From positions 186,001-250,000 of the forward strand of contig OZ025726.1 of NCBI GenBank assembly GCA_964019335.1: a stretch of DNA of 64,000 bases, read 5' to 3'. Positions 23,643 to 32,780 of the stretch are shown here, piece by piece. A program made the position numbers and the translations under genes. This stretch comes from Diplonema japonicum (Eukaryota; Protista; Euglenozoa: Diplonemea). Positions within the stretch are counted from its first letter, which is position 1, and every line of letters begins with the position of its first letter. The notes beneath the pieces are model-generated. The model was not told the DNA's origin. It worked only from the letters and a program-made list of their open reading frames with translations, and ran no database searches.

Positions 23643-23957
23643 TCGATATTTTAACGTCAAGGTATGGTGACACAAGTCATACGGCTCCAAGTGTACCACA
23701 AAGCCCACTGGGTGAGGGTGTCTGCAGTAACAACACATCGAGGTGAGCTTCCAACCTCTCAGACATAGCGTGCCTGGTCCCTGTTTCCTCGCGGTAGGGA
23801 AGGTCTGTTTTTGTGCCTGGGTGGCGTGGCTGATGATATAGCGATACAGCCGGCCAAAATTTGCCATATTCACTGTACCCGCCACCTTGGCACACAGGCA
23901 AATAACTCGCTTAAGGGGGAGGTGTCGTTACGCACCTAGACCCGGTCTTGCTGCCCC
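23643..23957. mobile_element. SINE-like structured repeat, copy 1
   Basis: Shares TCGATATTTYAACGTCAAG, AAGGTCTG..TTGTGCCTGGGTG, CACYTTGGMACA and terminal TAACTCGCTTAAGGGG..GCTGCCCC blocks with 36737-36945. Confidence 0.75.
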
Positions 23958-24160
23958 AAGAAAATAAAACAAATGAAGTGTTGCAAGTAAAGAGAGGGGG
24001 AAGGGACAACGAAACCAGGTGGGGGGGGGGGGGGTGTATTGCAAATATGAACAAAAGGGGAAATAGTTTAGAAAAAAAGAGAGAGAAGGGGGGGGGGGAT
24101 GAATACAAGTGTAAAGAAACTGCTGTAAAGTAGGTCTTTTTTTTTTTTTTTTTTTTTTTC

Positions 24161-25864
24161 GGAGAAAAACACCGTTCACGGTAAGCAAATAACTTTTTTC
24201 CACCAAGTACTGTAAGCAGAATTTTTACCCTCTATTCACGGTAACTTGGAACTTTTTTTCCACCAAGTACGGTAATCATAACTTTTTTTTTCCCACCAAA
24301 ACGGTTTTTTTTAATAAAGTTTCCACTGTCCACGGTAACCTAATCTTATTTCCACTAAACCATGTATGTTGGAACTTTTTTTCCACCAAGTATGGAAACC
24401 CAAAACTTTTTTCCCACCATCCACGGTAACCCAGAACTTTTTTTACACTTTCCCATGAAACCTTTCTATTGTTCCCATTTTTAGTTTTTCGAAAATTTTG
24501 GATCTTTTTTTTGTATTTTCGAGTATTTGCAACCTTTTTTTTTCTCATTTCAAGATGGGCAAGGTAAGAATACCTGCAGAAAGGCCCCGAAAAGGTCCTC
24601 AAGAAGGAGTCCAAGGACTGCCACATCGGTAGGTGCTGTGTGCACCTTGGGGGGAACATGCAGGCCCAACCGGGGTTCAGAACCAATGGGAAGAACCTTT
24701 TCTGGAAGCTTGCGAAAGCTATTTCGCAAGATAACTTCAAGAAAGCCAGAGACGAGGTATTTTAACTTTTGCCCGTTTGAAACAAAAGAAAGGTTGAGAA
24801 CACTCAAATGGGCAAAGCCGTGCTCAAGTACTTATTGGCTCAGCCCTTGGAGCACTGGGCATTATCACATGTTCCAGTCTGCACCTTCGGGGACCGTTCG
24901 ACGAATTTTGTCGAGAACCACAACAAGGTATCAAATTTTGTACCTTACTTTCCCAGGTTCTGCGTGAGGCACGTGGCCTAAACATCCTTTCTTGTATAGA
25001 GTGGATCCGCCTCAGGGACGCGAAAATGATCACCTCCACGCGAGATCGAATACCCGACTCTGCCACTGGGCTTTGCCCCCAAATTGCCGAGAAGGTAGGG
25101 AAGGCGTACAACCGCTCCAAGTTGTGGTGTGCCCACGACGTCAGCGACCTGGAAGAGGCTGTTTTTGACGTAAGGGAAATCAATTTCACTAATGAATGAA
25201 TGGGCACATGGGAGAATTGGGTGCACTGCTGTGAGCTGCAGGTGTTGGGTATACCTTGTGTCCACATCTGCGCTGTGGCCCGAAAGGTTTCAAAAGACAC
25301 GTCAGATCTGCAGAGTACCTCAAGGTCTCTGCATGGCGTCTGATGTACTTCTCCACCCCTCGCCCCCCTTCGTGACAAAGTCACAAATAGGCAGGCCGGA
25401 AGAATATGTGCAACAACTGCAGAAAGATTGGGCACAATGCTGCAACCTTCAGGAACCCCCATTTCTCAACTGGTGGGGTTCAGTCCCAGTTACTCCTCGA
25501 AGTTCTTTCCCAGTTGAAGACCCAGCCTTCAGGGTAGTCCCCCCCCCTTCCCCCTCCCCTCCCGCCTGGGGTCTTTTTCCTTTAATTTTGCCATGCCATC
25601 ATTATTTTTGCACCTCATACTACATTTTATGATAAACCCTAATCAGGCATAAAAATGATACAGGTTACCGTGTTTGGTGGAAAAAAAGTTTGTAGTTGCA
25701 TAAGGGAAAAACTTGATGATTACAGTAACGGTGGAAAAAAAGTTGTGGTTACCGTACTTGGTGGAAAAAAAGTTACAGGTTACCGTACTTGGTGGAAAAA
25801 AAATTTTAGGTTTAAGGAAACGGTGGAAAAAAGTTATTTGCTTACCGTGAACGGTGGTTTTCCC
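24161..25864 (+). mobile_element. Mutator (MULE)/foldback transposon relic with long modular TIRs and degraded transposase
   Basis: TIR CACCGTTCACGGTAAGCAAATAACTTTTTTCCACC at both ends; about 30-bp subterminal repeats (ACGGTAA..AACTTTTTTTCCACC); fragments EHWALSH..FGDRSTNFVENHN and SWIM finger C..CELQVLGIPCVH; inserted in a T-run. Confidence 0.85.
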
Positions 25865-25882
25865 TTTTTTTTTTGTTTTTCT

Positions 25883-28461
25883 TCACTGTTTCATATTGAA
25901 GCTCAAGTTCCTCTTCATCATATTGGATCTGGGAGAAGGAACGTCATGTGAGAATGACCCGCTGGCAGGCAACCCATACCGTCGGGTAGGTGAGTCAATA
26001 CTCTGCAACTGCTGGTGCAGTGTTGACTGACTTTTCGGAAGATGAGGCACCCGAGGGCTTTCAGGTGTTTTGGGTCTGTCATCAAAACTAAGTGTGGTTT
26101 CATGTTGCAAAACCTGCTGCTTGGGTGAAAAATCCCGAGTCTCGGGAATGGGAGGAGACTTCGATGCACCAAGTGGTTTTGCGGGCGTTCTCACAGACGC
26201 CTTGTTACGAACCAACACCTGCCGGGTTTGAAGAACTTCATTGTCCTTGCAAGGCACCCGACGCAAGAGCTCAGATATACCCATCTCCAAGGTGCTCATT
26301 CTGTCCTTCATCATGTTGATGTCCTTTTCCATCATTGCAAGCATCTGGTCAACATGAGGTGAGGCCATTAAAGAGTGGACTGTTGAACACGGGGACCCGG
26401 GTAAGCTGGTATTCATGTTGCTGCTCGGTTTCCGCATCTTGGAGGGAGCGCGTTTTCTTGCAGGCTTTCCGTGGAGGACCAGCCCTTCTTCCTTGTCTCT
26501 AAAGGCCTCGCTTGGTACTGGTGGGTTGTTAGCTGGGTCAGGTTCGGTGACCGTGACGGTCTTCTTGGTCCCTTCCATACTCCCCGAATTGAGCTTTATG
26601 AGTCCTCTCGGGTCGTTGTTATCGTTCGCGTCGCCATCTGGTGAGGTTTCAACGCGTTGTTTAGTGTACTTTGCCTTTACAGATTTAACGGTGGATTTTC
26701 TCCTTCGGGGTTGTTGCGGCTCGTACTCCATTTTCTGTTCCTCGAAATCGTTGTCGCACTCCGATGTTTCCGACATACTGTCGGAGGATTCCTTTTTAAT
26801 CGATTCTTTTTTCTTCTCGGGGTGCTTGACGCGTTTCTCCGCCACGGCTTGCACGTTCTCGTACAGTTCCGGAAATTCAAACGAAATAGTGTCGAAGCTT
26901 GTTTTGTCCAATCGGAAGAGCTGGCAGTACGTGAGGCTGATGATCGATGCGGCACGTCTCGTTTTCTTCAACAATGCGATCTCACCGAACACCCCACCAC
27001 GTTTGACATACGCGATCCATGTTCCATTGGCTAACCACACATCACACGCACCATGGAAGAGAAAGTACATTTCGATCCCTTCCTCGCCGGCTATAATGAT
27101 GTACTCGTCAGGAGGGACAACAACCGATACCAGTGCTTGCGCGAGTTTTGCTAGGCAGATTTCGTGAATTCCCATAAACATTGGGACGTGGGTTACAACC
27201 TTCATCCTTGCGTAAAGCATCATCCGGTCACGCATAGCCTGCGGGAGGTTATCGATCGCGTCTGAGTAGATGGAGAAAGAGTTTCGCAGTCGGTGGTACT
27301 GTTGCGCGAGGATCTCCTCGGCGAAGTCCTTCGGGATGCAAAGATGTTCCATCACCGCGAGGGTTTCCAACATCTTTGTCTGAGTGTCCGAGACAAGATC
27401 AGCCTGCTCCGACACCTTAACAAGCTTTCCAACCACCAAACCGGATATCAACGTCGCGCAGCAAAACAAGACAACCGCGAAAACCTTCTGCCCTTGCGTG
27501 TCCACACCAATATCCCCGTACCCCGTTGTCGTTATCGTGTACATAACAAAATACAAAGCGTCGATGTAATTTTCATCTCCTTTCAAAGCTAGCCATATTG
27601 TGGTCAGACTGTGCACCACGAAGATGGCCCAAAACGACAGTTTCATCATAGGGAAGAAACTGAAGTGGAAGTACGTGTAGGAGGGTGTTATAAGTTCCCG
27701 TCCGATCACGGGGAACATGGACGGGACCCTGCTGACCTTTGCCAATCTTAAATGTTGTATGACCATGCGTGTCGCTTTGTAGTTGTGTAGAAGAAGGTCG
27801 AAGGGGAGCGCGGCCAGTACGTCGGCGATGAATAGTCTTGATGATAAATACGCTTTGACCATTTGCGGTTGCTGGCTTATCATAAGCTCGTTGTGCGATA
27901 CGAATGAGATCACGAAGCATCTCAATAGAATATCGACGATGAATAGAATAGATGGGATGATCTTGAACTCGACCGGGACCTCCCACGACGGGACGAAGTC
28001 CTCGAGGGAGATTACGATGAGGTAGAAAAGAATTGCTGATAAGATCGCGGCTTCCCAGATACTGCACAATATACCATCGGGGGCTATTCGCTGCGGGATG
28101 AAGGAGGCCTGTCTGAGCCGCAAAAATGAATCCCGGTTTCGCCCGAGAAGTGCGAGTTGGTTTTCCTCCCTTTGACGAGCCATCAGACTTAGAAATTCTG
28201 AAAAGTCAACATCCCCTGACTGGTCCGCATCCGTCGCCTCGAATAGTTCATGTAGCTCTTCCTCTGTTGTGGGGGGTTTTTTTTTTTTTGGAAAAGAGTG
28301 TGTATACCGGAAGGGAAGATGCCCAGCCGGGGCATCAGATCAGCCAGTTCCCGGATGCTGATCGAACCGCTTCCGTCCTCATCGAATAATTTGAACAACG
28401 TCTCGAACCTCTGCACCTCCATAGGGGACACACCCCTTACTAGCTGCAGTTGCTCCTCCAT
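25883..28461 (-). CDS. Cyclic-nucleotide-binding K+-selective 6TM channel (KCNH/HCN/plant Shaker-like) with N-terminal EF-hand pair
   Basis: DEDGSGSISIRE and DADQSGDVDFSE EF-hands; TTTGYGD filter; FGEIALL..RRAASI CNBD; intron 28264-28307. Confidence 0.9.
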
Positions 28462-28619
28462 TTTGTCGCGGTATCATAAGAAATGGTCAACAGTATATAT
28501 ATATATATATTTTTTTTCCCCTCCCGTTTTTTTTTTTTTTTTTTTTTTTTTTTTTCCTGTTTTTTGTTGTTGTTGTTGTTGAATAAAAAAAAAAAACTAA
28601 CACCAACGACACAACGCTC

Positions 28620-28656
<37 letters not shown>

Positions 28657-29005
28657 TTATAAGAAAAAAAATAAAATAAAAAAGAGAGACCTGTTGTGTT
28701 AAAAAGTGAATTTTCCTTTTTTTTTTTTGTTTCTTCCTTTAATTTTTTTCTTTCCAACTATCCTTCCCCTGAACAAAAAACGCCGGCAACGATGGCCAAG
28801 CTTTATGAGGAGGAAAGGGGACGGGAGGGGAAAGGTTACCGAAGGTAGTATAAAGAAAAAAAAAAGAACGAAGATAACTAAAAAAAAATTCCCCTTTTGC
28901 ATTCCAACTACTGAGATTCAGCAATTGAGCCCAACTCCCACATTTTGTATAAAAAAAAAACTTTTTTTTTTCAAACACTCGAATGTTCTTACCCCCCCCC
29001 CCCCC

Positions 29006-30053
29006 CTAAGGTCCGTTCTCTGGTTCTTTTGGCTTTAATTTTTCGCGGGTGTACCTTTTTTTTTTTTTTTTTTTCTCCCCCCCCAAAAAAAAAATACCAA
29101 ATAACACCGGCCATTGCAACAGCCATCCCGACCACGTTCCGCATATGGACCGGAGCGGCAAAAAAAAGAAATCCGCAAATAATAACGAGGATGGTCTTAA
29201 TATGACCGACTACTTGGTAGGTGACGGGCGAGGTTTTCCCCACGATGACGAAGAGGGTGAAGTTGATGAGAAAAGCGGCAAACCCCGAACACAAGAGGAG
29301 CAAGGTTGCAACCGGTGTGTAAGTGAAATTCATGAACAAAACCCAATTATCCGTCACCAGCGAAATTGCGGAAAAAATACACGCGCTCAACGGCGCTACA
29401 TAGTAACACGACTGCTGACTAGTCATCCCTTTCGAAATATCTTTAACCTGAATCTGCAACGCTCCGGTAGTCACAGTAGCTAACATCCCGTGTATCAATC
29501 CCCATTGATTCACAGATACATCCGTTACCGTAGTAACACCAATACCCGCTACCAAAAGAGATAAAGACAATTTTATCGCTAAAGGGTACGAAATTCCCTT
29601 CCAGAAGAACTCCATCACACACAGAACTGGTATGTTAGCCAGCTTCAAGACCTGGTACAAACCTACAGAGTTGTAGACTAAACTGTAATTCACAAACATA
29701 ACACTCAGAACCTGGTAGCAAGCGATAGGGAGGGTGGTTTTGATGCCAGGTGAAGTCTCTGGCAGTGGAAACCCGCCTGCTTTCTGGTACACATACACCC
29801 CGATCGCCGTTACAATGAAGTGGAAGGCCATCAAGATGTTCGGGAACGAGAACTTAACATCCTGTGAAAATATCTTCTTGTTCAGAATCACTATGCTCAC
29901 CACGCTAACTATGTTGAGCCCCATCAGCATCACCGTCGTAACCGAATTCTTGAGATCTGCTGTCTTGGGTTGCTGTTGCTCCGGCGTCTTGGGCTGTTGT
30001 TGCTCCGTCTGGTCCAATGACCGGGGCACCGCTTCAGACCTAGGGCTGGGCAT
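29006..30053 (-). CDS. Nucleotide-sugar transporter (TPT/DMT family, URGT/UXT-like)
   Basis: SIVILNK, NYSLVYNSVGLYQVLKL, GKTSPVTYQVVGHIKT; intron 29055-29097. Confidence 0.9.
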
Positions 30054-30165
30054 TTTTTTTTTTTCCCCGCCCCCCCTTCTTTCTACAATACGCAAAAAGG
30101 ATCAAATTAATAAATAAAAAAAAAATGAACAAAAAAGAAATTGTGGAAACAATTTAAAAAAAAAA

Positions 30166-32748
30166 CTCAAAGTACAGGACAAGCCCCCCGCTAGAGGGCC
30201 GCCCTATGGGAGGGGGGGGTCTATCTGTTAATACTCCCCTTCTGGAGCATTGCTTTCATTCCGATTGAGGCCGTGAGCGTCTTGCGGAGTCGTGTGATGC
30301 GGTCCCGCTTGTAGTCGGCTTTCAATTCCATTAGCTTGTCGTGCGTGGAGCGGGTGGCGAAAATAGGCCTCCTGGAAAATAGGCCTCCTGGAGAAACCAA
30401 TAGCTGCCTTTCCTCCAATGGCGATGAGGGACTTCACTCTTTTTCTCTCGTCCGCTGGGAAGGGGCGTCGCTTCTTCCGTGCCCTGCATGCTGTGTATAT
30501 CTTTACGATGAGAGCTTTGATTCTGCGCGCCCTATCTTCCAGCAGGCCTCCCAAAGACTTTCCGGTCGTCCATTCGAAGTCAATGGCCAGTTCCACCGCC
30601 GACACCTCCGAGGTGGTGTCCTTCTCCACCCAGCGCAGTTGTGACAACCATTGTAGCAGCGGGTTCAGGTACTGGGACAGGACCCCGCTCACTCCTTCGA
30701 GCTCGCCAGCTATCGGAACGGGGCATTTCTTACCTACCACATTTCGAATCCACGGTAGCGGCTGTGTGTTGACATCCTCCTTCTGCATGAGCTCTACGTC
30801 TCGTTTCTCAACCACCACGGCTAAGTATCGTTGCAGCTTCTCTAGGTACGCAAAGTCATGTCCTCTCGGCAGAATCGCGTGCAATTCCAGACATAGGGGC
30901 CATCCTGTCCTGTTGCGCAGTGGTTCCAAGCCGTCCTGTGCTAGCTCTTCCTGTGCGCAGGCGCACTCGTAGAGTTGGTGGCGGAGTAGGGTTACCGTGT
31001 CCGGGTACGGTGATTCACACAGGTCGCACCTGAACCCTTGTGTGCGTGATACTGTCGTTGTTGGGACTTGGCTTATGCTCTCTTCGACTTCTTCGGTGCC
31101 GTCACCTTCTGGTGCCAGGGGGACGCTTCTTTGATTCGTTCCTGCATGCGGGCTAAGGTAGGGGACCCCTCCGGTGATAACCCGTCTCAGGCAGTAGGAC
31201 ATGAGCGGGTCTTTGGCTGTTTTCCATAGTTGGTTGGTTTTGGGATCCGCTCCCGCCTCCATCCCTCTCACTGTGTTCCTCTCGTTCGCCAGCGACCTGC
31301 TCCGGGCTTTCCTCACCGCGTCCCTAAAGACGTGTCCGCGTTCGGCCCAGGGTTTGTTCCCACAGTCTTACAATTGCGCCCAGCTCCATCCTATATAGGG
31401 GAGCCACCGACAGACCAGGTTGCCTACTGGTCCCATCGGGGTGGACCCCGTGCCGTACCCCGCAGCGATCCGCATGCATCTCTGTCGTAGTCGTTCGTCG
31501 TCGAGCGCTCCGGACACCACCTTCAGGGAGTGGTATATCACATAGGAGAGGGGATCGTTAGTGTGCCCCTTCAAGAGGACTGTGTTCACTGCGGTAGGAG
31601 AGCGTCCACGGTGGTGAGGGCCCCATAGGTTGCATGTTACCCTTGTCGACAATTTCTTGAGCGTCTCGTCACATGGGGGGGAGAACGGTCCGCTGTAGAG
31701 GCATGACGGAAGAATCGTCGTGCTGACCATGTGTGCTTTCGTCTCGAAGGCTAACCTCGTGCAACCCAGCCGGTCTAGCGAGTCAAGCGCATTCGCGGTC
31801 GGTTTGTTCCATTTCGTCCCTGTCCTGCGCGTGTTGATTTTCACGCCAAGCCCTTTGAGGTCCGACACCGTCTTGTATGGTACAGGTACTTCCGAGCCTT
31901 TCTTCATCGCCGTTCGGTCTCCCACGACTCTCGACTTGAACCCTTCCGCGGTGCCAAAGCCCACCGTCTTTTCCTCGTTGACCTGCATCCCCGTCAGGTC
32001 GCAAAACTCTAGAGTCCCTTCGACCGCTGCCTGCAGTGAGTCCCGCAGCTTCGCTAACAGATAGGCGTCGTCGGCATATGCTAGCACCTCGGCGTCCGGC
32101 GCTACCTGCTCGACGGCCCGTATCATGATGGACAGCAAGGCGTTGATGATGATGACCGACAGCGGGCACCCCTGGAGGATACCGTTTGTGGCCTCAAACG
32201 TGTCACCAACTCCTATGGGGTACTTGAACCTCCTCGTGATCTGGGAGTACATCCCTTGGAGTGCTCTTCCTATAGATTCGTCCATTCCCAGGGCGCTCAT
32301 GAGGTCAAGGGACAGCTGTTGTGGCACCAGGTCGAAGCACTTTCTAAAATCCAGGGCCAGTCCCTCCAGCGGCTCCCCATCCACCAAAGCCAGCTCCAGC
32401 TTGGTACACAGTTCCATGAGGGCTGTCGTCGTACTGTGCTTGGGCCTAAACCCGTGCTGTCTCGGCGTGATCCAACGTTCCTGCCAGTCAAGGACACCCT
32501 TCAGCCTCGTACACGCCCACAAGCGGTAGATGGTGCTGGTCACCGTGATGGGTCGGTGGTTCAGAGGAGCTGACCCTTCACCCTTTGGAATCAGTGACAC
32601 CAGGGCTGTCGTGATCTGTCTCGGCCACTGGCCTGTCTCCTCAATCAGGTTGAAGAGGTCTGCGAAAGCTCTCAGGATGCTCACCGGAAGACGTTTCAGC
32701 TCACTCATCCGCCAACCGTCCACGCCACAGGCCCCTTTGTCCGGCTTC
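30166..32748 (-). mobile_element. 5'-truncated non-LTR retrotransposon (RT, CCHC knuckle, C-terminal domain), pseudogenised
   Basis: GVDG, LIPK, RPIT, QHGFR, DFRKCFD, QGCPLS, YADD; CDLC-x-H-x4-C; in-frame TAA at 31368; 16-bp duplication 30360-30391 causes a frameshift. Confidence 0.92.
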
Positions 32749-32779
<31 letters not shown>

Positions 32780-32780
32780 C

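Noticed and set aside
23661-23687. Group II intron domain V-like GAGCCGTATG hairpin (- strand)
   Set aside because: The 3' GGTTC pairing strand is missing and the segment is absent from copy 2
23797-23807. RNase P CR-I-like GGGAAGGTCTG
   Set aside because: No convincing CR-V or P1, and it lies in a multi-copy repeat
24170-24440. CRISPR-like ~30-bp repeats
   Set aside because: No unique spacers; mirrored at 25660-25860 as transposon subterminal repeats; eukaryotic context
30166-30178. CTGTACTTT resembling the spliced-leader 3' end
   Set aside because: Only a 9-nt match; no full SL exon or SL RNA gene is visible
31368-31370. In-frame TAA as stop-codon reassignment or readthrough
   Set aside because: The element is truncated and also frameshifted; host genes use TAA, TAG and TGA as normal stops
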